Assembly (NCBI GenBank): GCA_044892525.1 | Contig: CM097885.1 | Span: forward strand, 19,966,001-20,030,000 | Direction of reading: 5' to 3' | Source of the DNA: Schmidtea polychroa | Lineage: Eukaryota | DNA: 64,000 nucleotides | Shown here: one piece after another, positions 28,376-41,181 of the stretch | Layout: each line of letters starts with the position of its first letter | How positions within the stretch are numbered: position 1 is the stretch's first letter | The notes under the pieces: model-generated | What the model was told of the DNA's origin: nothing | Database searches by the model: none | What the model saw: only the letters and a program-made list of their open reading frames with translations | Made by a program: the position numbers and the translations under genes

Positions 28376-28759
28376 AAAATGATAAAAATTCACAAAAACC
28401 ATCAACTCTAAAAAAAATTACTAATGAATACCTTAAACACCAAAATTTATCTAAATAATCTTTCAAATTAATTCATTAAAATTGAAGACAACACGCTCTA
28501 TTTTGTCATTACATTCAATTAAAATTAAATAAATCAAGATAAGAACTTTGATAAAAAATATTATTCTAAAATGGTAAGAATTAACACTGTAGTGTTAAGT
28601 GAAAAGGTAATTATTCTTTAAATCTAATTAACTTAGTCATAATTTTCTTTAATTTAACCCTTTATTTACTTAATTTAGTTCTTGTTTACCAAATATAGAA
28701 GTTTAAAATATAGATCATTGATTACTTTAATTTAAAAATGTATCCCTTAATTTACATAA

Positions 28760-29100
28760 TTTCCATCTAAAATTATTTCAAAAAATTTTTTCTAAAATTG
28801 TCATTGAAAAATATTTTATAAAAGTTTTCATTTAAAATTTTCATTGAAAAATATTTCATAAAAATTTCATTAAAAATTACCATTGAAAAATTATTCATAA
28901 AAATTTCCATGTAAAATTACTTAAAAAATTATTTCATAAAAATTTTCATTAAAAAATTTCAATTCTCAAACACATTCTATTATTTCAACTTTTTGTTAAT
29001 AAATTTTAAAATCTTACTTTAATTTACTTTAATTTACTTATTTAAAAATTATTACTTTAATTTACTTATTTAACTTTAATTTAAATTTTTTACCATTGAT
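28760..29100. repeat. internal copy of the Polinton subterminal (TIR) sequence
   Basis: AAAAATTTCAATTCTCAAACAC..TATTAT.TCAACTTTTTGTTAATAAATTTTAAA matches 34540-34700 in direct orientation. Confidence 0.75.
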
Positions 29101-29220
29101 TACTTAATTTTAAAATTTGGACCTTAATTTACTTTAATTTAATTTTTTAGACCTTAATTTACTTAATTGAAAATTTTAGACATCAATTTATTTAATTGAA
29201 AATTTTAGACCTTAATTTAC

Positions 29221-29621
29221 TTATAAGATAATGCCAATCAAACATTTTTTTCACGATTAATTTTGACAGTTTTCCTGTCATCATCAGGTGGGATATAATA
29301 CTCATTAAATAAAGGATTTTAAACAAATTTAATTATATATAAAAATCTTTTATTTTATAAAAATATTATTTTTTAAAAACTTTAACATTTAAAATTTAAT
29401 TTAATAATTTAAAAATTTTAAATTTTTTTATCAATTATTAAATTAAATTTTAAATGTTAAAGTTTTTAAAAAATAATATTTTTATAAAATAAAAAATTTT
29501 TATATATAATTAAATTTGTTTAAAATCCTTTATTTAATGAGTATTATATCCCACCTGATGATGACAGGAAAACTGTCGAAATTAATCGTGAAAAAAATGT
29601 TTGATTGGCGTTATCTTATAA
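29221..29621. mobile_element. foldback/MITE-like near-perfect palindrome (~190-bp arms)
   Basis: TTATAAGATAATGCCAATCAAAC... / ...GTTTGATTGGCGTTATCTTATAA; related terminus at 48958-49011. Confidence 0.85.
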
Positions 29622-29659
29622 TTAAATCATTGCCATGTATGTTTAACTATTTATTCATT

Positions 29660-30060
29660 AATTTACTTAATTGAAAATTTTAGACCATAATTTCATGTAA
29701 AATTTTAGACCATAATTTACTTATTTGAAAATTTTAGACCTTAATTTGCTTAATTGAAAATTTTAGACCTTAATTTGCTTAATTGAAAATTTTAGACCTT
29801 AATTTACTTAATTGAAAATTTTAGTACTTAATTTGCTTATTTATCTTTAATTTACTGAAGTTTAAAAATATATACCATAATTTACTTTAATTTAAAATTT
29901 TAGACCATAATTTACTTAATTGAAAATTTTAGACCTTAATTACTTAATTGAAAATTTTAGACCTTAATTTACTTAATTGAAAATTTTAGACATCAATTTA
30001 TTTAATTGAAAATTTTAGACCTTAAATTACTTAATTGAAAATTTTAGACAATAATTTCAT
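29660..30060. repeat. ~31-bp tandem array (AATTTTAGACCTTAATTTACTTAATTGAA), also at 29105-29220
   Basis: About a dozen visible units. Confidence 0.85.
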
Positions 30061-30061
30061 G

Positions 30062-30441
30062 TAAAATTGTCATTGAAAAAATTTTCATTTCTCAGGCGCC
30101 GTTTAGTAGGTAGTTAGGGGCCCGCTGCAGCAATGACCCTCCCCCCAGGGGGGGGGGGGTTCTGCTGCAACTTTTTTTTTGCTGCAACTTCTTTTTTGCT
30201 GCAACTTTGATTACGCAATTGTTGCAACTCGTTTTCTTTTGTTGTTCAGTAAGCAACGCTAATTTTTTTTTCTAAGATTTTGAATACAAAAAAAAAGTTG
30301 CAACAATTGCGCAATCAAACGTTGCAGCAAAAAAAGATGCAGCAAAAAAAAGGCTTGCATTTGCATCGGGCTCCTACTAAAGTATCTACTAATCTACTAA
30401 AGGGCGCCTGAGAAATGAAAATTTTTTCAATGACAATTTTA
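30062..30441. repeat. small palindrome containing a Polinton terminus in both orientations
   Basis: TAAAATTGTCATTGAAAAAATTTTCATTTCTCAGGCGCC and its reverse complement bracket AGTAGGTAGTTAGGGG (30105) and CTACT repeats (30374-30398). Confidence 0.8.
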
Positions 30442-33400
30442 ATAAACATAAAAATCATTTAGATAGGTTTAATTTTAAAAAATATAGTGTTTTTAAAAGA
30501 CCCTCAACTATAGAAAAAAATAATACAAATAAAAAAATTAAATTAGATACTTCTTTTGAATCCCAGGACGGATTAGTTGTTGAATCCCAGGACGGATTGT
30601 CTTTTGTTGAATCCCAGGTCGGATTGCCTTTTGTTGAATCCCAGGTCGGATTGGTTGTTGAATCCGATGATGGATTGGTTGTTGAATCCAATGATGGATT
30701 ATTCACTTCCTTTGATTCTTGGGATGGATTAAATATAATACAAATAGGTGGAAATGTTCCAATAATACAAAAAGATTTAAGAGGTACCCATCAAATATTA
30801 AGCTTAAATACAAGTGACTTAAATATAAAGGAAATAATATATCCTGAACAACTAATAATAAAATTACGAGATATTATTAACGAATTATGCTCCGTCAAAA
30901 TTCAATTCGGAATAACAATCGAATTTGAAAAAGACGGGGAAATAAAGGTTAATAATATCTCAAATTATGCAAAGCCTTTAACTGCATCATTTTTTGATGA
31001 AGGCATTAAGGAATTAAATGAGAAAATTACTAATATTACTGAGTTAGGAAGCAGTTGGAATATAAAAATTATTACTGAAATACATTTCACCATAACTAAA
31101 ATAAGTAGGTTAAGTAGATTAAGTGGTAGGAGTTTCATTAAAACACCTACTTATCTAAAAAATAAATATTGTTTAATTAATATAAAAAACACTGATGATT
31201 CATGTTTTTTATATAGCATTTTAGCTATTTTAAAATATGATGAGATTAGTAGATATGCTAGAAATAGGACATCTAGTTATAATTTATCTGACTTAGTATA
31301 CGACCCGTTAGAATTACCTATGAAATTAAAAGATATTAGGAAATTTGAATCTAAAAATCCAGGCTTAATAATTAACGTTTTTTCATATGATAATAGCAAA
31401 CAATTAACTGATAATTACGTATTAAAACATCCATTTTTAGATATTATACATCGTTCCAAAGTTTTAAATGGAACTGTAATTAATTTACTACTATTAAATA
31501 AAGGAAACAATTTCCATTACGTTGCTATAAGTAATTTAAATAAGTTACTGAATTGTCATATCAACACTACTTGTTCTACACGCATACAATCATTATGGTG
31601 CCATCGGTGTTTGAATGGGTTTAGGTATAAACACGCACTGGACAAACATGAAATATTATGTAAACGTAATCAATTAGGAACAACTCTTTATACTTTCCCT
31701 CAAAATAAATTATTACAGTTTACTGACTGGTCGAAAACAGTAACTCCTCCTTTTGTAGTTTTTTTTGAGGCTATTTTACCTTCTGATAATGTTCATTTCC
31801 AACGACACATGCCAATATCTGCTGGTCTTTTACTTGTAAATAACTTTGATGGATCTATATCTTATCAACAGTTCATAGGTTTAGATTGCGTCGAGAGTTT
31901 TTAAGTGCTATAGAGGATATAGCATTAAATAAGGTTCTTCCTTTAAATTATAAAATGGGTAGGAAACCTATGATGAAATTAACAAAAATTGAACAACGTC
32001 AATTTGTTAGTGCATCTGTTTGTTATCTTTGTATGAAATCTATCGTCGATCCTGTTAGAGATCACGATCATTTTACGGGGAAATAATTGGGTGCAGCTTG
32101 TAGCACATGTAACATAAATAGGAAAATAAATAAACTTTTGCCTATCGTATTTCACAACTTGAAGGGATACGATATGCACCATAAACTTAAATATGGTTTA
32201 AATAAATTTAAAAATTGGACTTTAGGTTGCATCCCAATAACGACTGAAAAATTTATTTTTTTGATTGCGCATTTAGGAAAAATTAGCTTAAGATTCATTG
32301 ATTCTTATCAATTTGTTAATGATTCTTTAGCTAAAGCAGTCAAAACTTTGAATACTTTACCTTTAACTAATTCTGTTTTTACTGGCACTATAGTTTCTGA
32401 AAAAGGAATCTTTCCTTATAATTTCGCTACATCTTTAGATATTCTCCAAACTACTTATGAATTACCACCAATCTGGGAAGGTGTCACGGAACTTGAGTAT
32501 GAAAAAGCTCAGGAGATTTGGGTTGAAACTAATTGCGTAACTTTATTAGACTACATGATGATATACTTAAAACTCGATTGTTTTCTTTTGGCCGATTTCT
32601 TTCATCAGTTTCGTTTGAAATCTATTGCTCACAATAGATTAGAACCATTGAATTATTTCGGAATTCCTGGTATGTCTTGGTCTTCTGCATTAATGTCTTT
32701 AGATGAACCGATTGAACTGATAACTGAAAACGAAATGTTTAGCTTTTATGAGGGTGGAATAAGAGAAGGTCTAACTTTTGTCAATAAACATTATGTAAAA
32801 ACCGATGAAAACACCGAGTTACTTTATATAGATATTAATAATCTTTACGGTTGGGCTTTAAGTCAACCATTACCTTGTGGTGAATTTAGTTGGGTTCTTG
32901 ATAGATTTGATTTAATAATGGATGAATGTTGGAATTTAAATCTTGAATCTTTGTCTTATGGATACACTCTTGAAGTTGATCTTGTAATTCCTTCTAAGCT
33001 TCATGATAAGTTGGATGATTTCCCTGTAGCTGCTGAAAAAATGAAACCTGTTGGGTCTAAGGTTGAAAAATTATTATTAACTCATCTTCCAAAATCTAAT
33101 TATGTGATTCATTGGAGATTATTAAAATTATATTTGGAACTTGTTGTTAAAGTAACACGTGTAAATAGAGGTGTAAGATTTAAGCAATCTCCAATTTTTA
33201 AAAAATATATAGATACAAATACAGAATTAAGGTCAAAAAGCATAAATAGCTTAGATAAAAATTATTATAAATTGTTAAATAACAGTTTATACGGCAAAAC
33301 AGTTGAAAATTTAAAGAGAAGAATGAATCTTCCTCTTTGTACTACTGCCGGTAAATTAGTTAAATATTCTTCAAAGCCGACTTTTAAAAAATCTATTAAA

Positions 33401-34156
33401 ATAGACGATAATTTAATTGCAGCATTATTGAATTCAGATTCTATATGTTTAGATAGACCAAGTTACATTGGTCAATCTGTACTTGATCTATCTAAACTTA
33501 GAATGTATGAATTACAATATAAGGATTTGGAATCATTTCGCAATGAGTTTAATTGTAAAATTAATATCGTTGCAGGTGATACAGACTCTTTTTTCCTCGA
33601 AGTAATTAACTGTAAACTTGAGGTTCTTTTACCTGCAATGATTCGAGATAATTTATTAGATACTTCCAATTACAATATTTGTCATTCCTTATATAGTAAG
33701 AACCTTGATTCTGTCATTGGAAAGTTCAAAGACGAGAATAAAGGTCTTAAATATAAGGAATGGGTTTTTCTTAGACCTAAATGTTATAGCTTGTTGGGTG
33801 ATGAGGAAACAAAAAAGGCTAAAGGTGTAACATTGGAAGGTAGTGACATAAAACATCAGTCATACCTGGATTGTTATAACACTAACCAGATTTTTTCGGT
33901 TCCTCAGACTAAAATAACAAGCAAAAATCATCAAATTTTTACAATTAAAAACACTAAAATAGCACTAACTAACAAAGATGACAAAAGGGTTTGGGTGGGG
34001 AAAAATACTAGTCTTGCATATGGGCATGTAAGATTAAGTCAATTAAATATTGGAGAAATTGTTGGAGAAGAAAATGATGAAAATGTTGGAGAAATTGTTG
34101 GAGAAGATTTTGGAGAAGATGATATTAATGACATTATTTTATCTGATGAAGAATGA
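30440..34156 (+). pseudogene. Polinton pPolB, right-arm copy, 5'-truncated and disrupted
   Basis: Inverted near-identical copy of 23205-26948; lacks the start; TAA at 32084-32086; ExoI YAD lost. Confidence 0.92.
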
Positions 34157-34317
34157 TTTTATTAAATAAAATTTTATATCTATACTTTTGTTCTTTTTAT
34201 TTGTTTGGTAAATTTTTATGTTTGTTATGTGTCTAGTTATTTTTATGTGTTTAGTTAATGTTTATATGTTTTGTTATGTGTCTAGTTATTTTTATGTGTT
34301 GTATAGTATTTGGTTGA

Positions 34318-34385
<68 letters not shown>

Positions 34386-35140
34386 AATTATTATTATTAT
34401 TAATCTATAAAAAAATAGCTTAAAAAAAAATTTACTTAAAAAATTATTCCATTAAAATTTCCATTGAAAATTATCTTTAACAATTAATCTATAAAAAATT
34501 TCATTAAAAAAAATTACTTAAAAAAATATTTCATAAAAATTTTCATTAAAAAATTTCAATTCTCAAACACCTACTATTATTCCAACTTTTTGTTAATAAA
34601 TTTTAAACTCTTACTTTAATTACTTTAATTTACTTATTTAAAAATTATAACTTTAATTTACTTATTTAACTTTAATTTACTTATTTAAAAATTATTACTT
34701 TAATTTACTTATTTAACTTTAATTCGATTTTTTAGAACCATAATTTACTTTAATTGAAAAATTTGGACCATTATTTACTTTAATTTAAAAATTTACCACG
34801 TTTTTTAGTGTATACCACCTTTTACTATTGAAAATCATAGGACCAAGGTGACCCCTCACTATAGTCAGAAAAAATACTGGCCTTTTTCTATAGGACCTAT
34901 CTAAATGTATTGAAAAAAAAAATTTTGTATTGAAAATCCCAGGACCTAGGAGACCCCCACACTATAGTGTGAAAACAAAAAATTTGGACTAAAAATCCCA
35001 GAATGCAAAAAAAATGAGTTGGGAACAATTGCGTAATCAAAAAACGTCGACGGCAAAATTATGCAATCAAAAGTTGCAACATTTTTTTACCCCCCCCCCC
35101 CCCCCCCCCTATTGTTGCGGGGAGCCACTAACTACCTACT

Positions 35141-35572
35141 TTTCGATTATTGTTTTTGATAGTCAGATTCAGTTAAATCATACTAATTTGGATACCAGTT
35201 TAGAGTCAGATAATAAAAATATTGACACTTCTATAGTTAATGTAGAAATGCCTATAAAGCAAAAATTATACAATCTGATAAAACAAAAAAACATAATGCC
35301 AGGAAAGATCAGTTCCACAACAAAAAAACAAAAAAATGGCAATATATTGTTAAAAAGAATTGGAGTACTTTCGCCAAGAGAAAATACGAGGAAAGTATAT
35401 TCAAATGGTATATGATTATTTGATGACAATTCGTCCAACAAGTGTTGATTCAGAAAGGGTATTCTCGGGCTCTGGGTTATTTTGTACAAAAATAAGAACA
35501 AAATTAGGAGATATCACTTTAAATAATTTAAGTTTTTTGAGGAACTATTTTTTAAAAAATGTTAATAAATAG
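35141..35572 (+). pseudogene. hAT transposase C-terminal (dimerization domain) remnant, interrupted by the Polinton
   Basis: YDYLMTIRPTSVDSERVFSGSGLFCTKIRTKLGD; apparently continues from ~22080-22175 across the TSD. Confidence 0.75.
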
Positions 35573-36019
35573 AAAACTATTAGTTAATAAAGCTATTTCT
35601 GTCTCATTATTATTTTTTTTACTTTATTTTTATTTGTTTCTACAATATTATTATAGTTTGTTTAGATTTATAATAATAAATTAATCTTCATATTTTTCAT
35701 ATTTTATATTTTTGAAATAGAAATGATGAAATGGAAACTTGTTTTTTGTCAATTTTATTTTATCTTTTAGAAAAAAAAATTTCCCGGTAATTTCGCAGTA
35801 AACCGATAACTTTATTTTCATTTACCGATTTACCGATTTACTAGTTCAGTTCTATTCCATACTGTGAAAATAATACAAATAAATTTTTATTTTATTTTAA
35901 AAAAAAATCTTACAATTACTAAAATTATATTGCTCTTATTTTTAAAAGAGGATGAAAAATGAAATTATGATTGCTTTTCTATAATTTTATCGAAGTTAGG
36001 TTCCATTTGAGAAGAACTT

Positions 36020-36660
36020 ATTCTTAAAATTGAACCAAGGTGACTATCAGTAAGTCTATTTCGGACTGATTTCATCTTTTAAGTGCCAAGCCCTTTCGAA
36101 TAGCTTACCTGCACTTAACCATTGTGTAAAAAATTAACTTTTGTGTAATAAATCAGGTCGAATATTCAGCATCTACAGATTGTTGAAAATCTTGAAATTG
36201 TCTATGATTAAGTGCTCTGGAACGTATAAAATTGATAACAGATACAATAATTTCAAGCACTTCTTTCACGTTAAGACCTGCGTTGCATAAAGCATCTTGG
36301 TGAATTATACAATGCAGAAACACAACTAAAACTTCTGGATATTCTTTCTTGAAAGTTACTTTGAAGCCAAAAACTTTGCCAATCATATTTGTATCACTGA
36401 TATCGGTACTTTCGTCCATTGTTAGAGAAAAAAAATTAAAATTAGTAGATTTTTTAACAAACCCAAGTATAAATTTTCATCTATTTTTCTATTCTTTCGG
36501 TAATAACCCTAAGCGACAACGACACTGATTGAAAGCCCTTTTCTTTCTCAGAGCAGATAAAACACAGTCTTTAACAAATTCACCATCAGAAAATGTCTTG
36601 TTAGCTTGTGCAATTTTGAACGCCACTGCATAACTTACTTTTGTAGCTCTATATACGTGG
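36020..36660 (-). pseudogene. SPIN/Buster (GTF2IRD2-like) hAT transposase fragments
   Basis: KIAQANKTFSDGEFVKDC, MDESTDISDT, LHCIIHQDALC, INFIRSRALNHRQF. Confidence 0.8.
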
Positions 36661-36984
36661 CTCTATAACTCTATTTGAATGAGAAAGTAATAGGAAATTT
36701 TTTTTATGAGTCATGTTCTTTGTTCTCCCGAGGTTTGACTCACTCGATGATTAGTCACCGTTGTTCTCTCAAAGTATGGCTCATTCTCTTTGTCCGTCAA
36801 GTTATGATTCATTTCCATTGTGCGGTCTATATTGGTTATAATTGGTTTGGTTCATTTTAATAAAATTATTGTCAAGAACTCTTTATTTATACAAATAATG
36901 GATGAATCTGATTGGTTTTCATTTATTTTGGATTTACTTTTATGATTTTCGATTTGTTGGCTCATTTATTAAGTGATTTCTTAA

Positions 36985-37474
36985 TGTTGACACGGCTAAT
37001 AAGATCGCGGAAATAGACGAAAGCATGTTTTTGGCGAAAAGAAACTCGTGACCGGGTGTTAAATGGGAATTGGTATGTTGGTGGCATTGAATGGGGACTC
37101 TTAATTATTTCATTGTTCATGTGTCTAAAAGAAATACAAACACTGGTTTTAATTATTTTAACCAATGCATGAACAAGAAATTTGATTGTCCCTGATTTGC
37201 AACGGGAATATTATTATGAGCTTCGAATCCTGGACAATTATGAACTTTCGATAATTAAAAACATTAAATACATTTTGTTGATACAGTATGTAGCGCGATG
37301 TACACTCAAAAAATTAAAGGGTTGTCGGCACGCTTAAATCAATGGTTTCGTATAAAGAAGAAAAAGCCGAGAGAAAAATAACGTGAGTATTTAGTTAAGC
37401 TTTCCTGAAGGTATAGTGTCGTCAAAAAGAGGAAGAGATTTAAAACGTTTTTTTTATATTTTAGTAATATTTTG
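36985..37474 (+). pseudogene. Merlin/ISXO2-like transposase remnant (gypsy insertion target)
   Basis: KIAEIDES, WYVGGIE, HFVD...TQKIKGL motifs with frameshifts. Confidence 0.6.
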
Positions 37475-37765
37475 TGTTAGAAGCTATAACATTTAATTCT
37501 TCTGTCATCAAAATAAATTACTAAGACTATTAAATCCAAAATTATATTTCATTAAATCTGATTATATAAACAAATATTCTTGGGACATTTTCTAAATTTT
37601 AATTTCAACCAAATATCAACATACCATCGCATTCATACTTGAATTTCAATTTTATTAAAAATTATTTTATTTTAAAATTTCAATTATCATTTCAATTTTA
37701 ATATCTTAAAATAATTTAAGTTTCAATTAAAATTTTTACAAATTTTAATCATGAACTAATTTAAT

Positions 37766-40700
37766 TTAGTATTTTAATTTTAACTCCTCACATCCCACTT
37801 TTTTAAAATGTTTGATCTTCTCAACATTTCTGACTACCATCTTCCCATTTTGATCTTTAAGTAAGTAGCTCCGTTCATGTATTTTCTTTATCACTTTGTA
37901 CGGCCCTTCCCACCTTGCATCGTCTTTATTTCGAATTTCTTGTTTGATCAAAACCACATCTTCCATTTCAAAATCTCTCGCAGTTTTGCTTATTTTTGGT
38001 TTTAGTGTTTTATCCTCTATTCTCTTTTCCATATCTTCTCTATTTATTTCTTTATTCGAGTACAATTTCATTCTGTCGATTTTCCTCCCAAATATAATCT
38101 CTGCTGAGCTTACTCCCGTTGTTTTTTGAACTTTTGCATTTAAAGTATATTCTATTTCTGGCACTATATCAGCCCAGTTTTTCCTTCCTCCTTCATTCAA
38201 TGACGCGTTAATATACTCTCTGATTGTTCTGAATTGTCTTTCAATAATACCATTCGTGTTATGGTGATATGGGCTTGAGAAAATTAATTCAATGCCAGCT
38301 GCCTTTGCTAGTTCTTTTATACTTCTTGCTTCAAAGTTCTTCCCACAATCTACATGAAGTTCTTTTGGAGCTCCAAACTTTAATATTCATTTATTTAATA
38401 ACGTCTCACTAATTGTTTTTTCGTCTTGCTTGTTTATGGCCGTTAATGAGATGTATTTACTATAGTGGTCAATGATTCCGCAAATATATTTCTTTTTGTT
38501 GAACGTTTCTTTCAATGGCCCACATATATCCATATATATCTTCTCGAATGGTTCTGTGCTCTTTATTGTTTGAGTTTCCTCCTTTGTCTTGGTTGTTATC
38601 GTTTTCATTTTCTGACATCTTTCGCAGTTCTCAATTACCTTTTTTACTTCCGTTGCTAAATTTTCCATGTCGCAGTTATTCTGGATATATTTCGTTACTT
38701 TCTGTGCACCTGCATGGCACAGCAATACGTGTACTTCTTTTATCATCCTCTGTCTATTATCTGACGGTATCCATATTTTACCTTGCTTAGTTAGTACCGT
38801 GTTGTTTTCCATTATGAACTTACAATCTTTATTTTCTAACTTATTCTTTATTTCTTGGACCTCCATATTGTCATTTTGCCACTTGTTATATCCGCCTTCT
38901 GCTGTTACTGTTAATATTCTGGTTTTAATTTTGCCGGTTTTTGGGTCTTCGTGTTCCATCATACACTGTACACATGTTCCGCATGTTTTCCTGGATAGCA
39001 TATCCGCGTTTGTATGGCTTGTTCCTTTCCTGTATTCCATTTTAATATCCAGGCTGCTTAAATAGTTGATTTATGCCTGGAATTGAGCAGTTATTGGTTT
39101 CTTCGTTGTTACCATAAACGTAATAGCTTTATGGTCCGTTCTCAGTACGAATCTCTTACCATATAAGTAATGGTTGAAATGTTTACAAAAATAGTATATT
39201 GCCAATAATTCTTTTCTGGTAATGCAGTATCCTTTTTCGTGGCTGCTCATCGCATGTGAACCATATGCAATGACATGTTCATGTCCTTTTTCATCCTTTT
39301 GCGAAAGAACTGCTCCAATAGTATCGAAGCTCGCGTCTGTGTCTAATATAAATTCTTTTCTGAAATCTGGAAATACCAATACTGGGGCGGTTATCAATGC
39401 TTCTTTCATTTCCCCGAAAGCCTTTTCACACATCTCTGTCCATCTTATTTTCTCATTGTTTTTTCCGCATATTCTTTCTAGTGCTCTTGCCTTCTTTGCA
39501 TAGTCTTTTATGAACCGTCGATAATAGTTACAGATACCCAGAAAGCTCCTCAGATTCTTTACACATTTTGGCTTTTGAAATGATTGTATTGCTTCTATCT
39601 TAGTATTATCTGTTTGTATGCCGTCTTTATTTATTATGTGTCCCAGAAACTTCACTTCTTTTCTAAATATTTGACATTTTTCGGGGTTCAATCTTAGTCC
39701 TGCTGTTGCGATCTTCCCTAGGACTTTTTCAAATATGTTATAATGGTCTTCTTCTGTCTTTGTGAATATTAGGATGCCGTCTAAATATACCATCACTCCA
39801 TCTTTCCACAAATCTTTCAATACTTTCGTCATTAATTCTTGAAATGTTCCTGGTGCCGCTGCAATACCGAACGGCATCCTGTTAAAACAGAACTGTCCTT
39901 CTTTTGTTGAGAATGCTGTTTTCTCTTGAGATTCTTTATCTAACTTCACTTGGTAATAAGCATTTCCCAAGTCGATTGAGCTAAAATATCTGGATCCGTG
40001 TAGGATGTCTAAAATTTCATCTACATTTGGCATTGGAAATGCTTGTCTTTCTGTTATCTTGTTTAATTGTCTGAAGTCTAGACAAAGCCTGATGTCTTTT
40101 TTCTCTTTCTTCCATACACAAACTAAAGGTGTGTTCCACGGTGAATTACACTTCCTAATTATTCCGTTGTTTTCTAGATTTTTTATTGCTTCCTCAATCT
40201 TGTCTTCCAAATTTATTGGCTGACGTCTCGGTTTAATCATTATTGGCTCTCCTTTCGTGATGATCTTATGTTTTATCAGATTGGTACACCCAATGTCCCA
40301 TTTATCTGCCATAAAAACATTCTTGTTTGCCTGAAATATTTCTAACAGTCTCTTATTTCCGGTAACCTTTAAAACGTCGATGGCATGACGTAATCTTTCT
40401 TCATCTGTTATAATCCGCCCAAATCTAGCTTCTATTTCGCAAATGAAATCACTACGTTTTTCATGTTCTCTATTATACATTTCAATTCTATACCAAATAA
40501 CCTTTGTAGTTCTACTCCTCCAATAATTTCTGGTATTAAATTCTTTAATATAATGAATGTTACATTTCTTTCAATACTGCCCATTTTAACATTGATGCTT
40601 ATTTTACCCATAGTTTCTAATCTACTGTTGTTTGCACATCTTAGCGATTCCCTTGTTTCTAATATTTCGATATTTTCTAATCGATCAATTACAGATTTAG

Positions 40701-41181
40701 CCATCACATTAATTCGCGCTCCTGTATCCAATAAACAATCTACTTTCCGCCCTTGGATATCCAGTGCTGTACTCGGTCTACCTTGCATTATATTATATGT
40801 TATTACTGGACTTTTTTGTTCTTCTACTGACAAAATATTCTGCTCTCTAGTATCTTCTACAATTTCATTAATACACACGTCTCCATTTTTCTTGAGGAAT
40901 TTGTAAATTTTCTCTATAGTTCTTTCCTCGTGTTTTACTAATTCATTTACTTTACACTCCTCTTTAAATTTTTTCTGAATTTCCTTATCATTCGACTTTT
41001 TGATTTCTACACTACTATTATTAATATCACGTTCAAAAACACTACAATCTTTATCAATCATACAATCATCATACATACTTAAATTACACATACCGTTAGC
41101 ATTCATTCTTTGGTTGAAATCAATATTACTTAGTAAATTGCTCCGATCAATGTCCCGTTTGACGGAGCGTGCTCGTTTGGG
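37766..41181 (-). pseudogene. pol: gypsy pol (protease, RT, RNase H, integrase), disrupted
   Basis: LLDTGA; RMPFG and YLDG (canonical YLDD altered); DTDAS, KELLA, TDH; HHCC; WEGPY; frameshift near 40480, stops at 39071-39073 and 38387-38389. Confidence 0.92.

Larger units (their letters stand above)
22176..35140. mobile_element. palindromic non-autonomous Polinton/Maverick derivative (12,965 bp)
   Basis: Termini AGTAGGTAGTTAG / CTAACTACCTACT; perfect 6-bp TSD TTTCGA (22170-22175, 35141-35146); arms 22176-26948 and 30440-35140 are inverted copies, each containing pPolB. Confidence 0.9.

Noticed and set aside
29660..30060. CRISPR-like array (also 54600-55050)
   Set aside because: Head-to-tail tandem units without unique spacers; eukaryotic context; no cas genes
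32087..34156. 689-aa ORF as an intact functional polymerase
   Set aside because: Begins at TTG right after an in-frame TAA that is TAC in copy 3; ExoI Asp deleted and 5' end missing
22176..35140. Palindrome as a pure assembly artefact
   Set aside because: Arms differ by many substitutions and repeat counts and the ends have a matching TSD; still needs read-level confirmation
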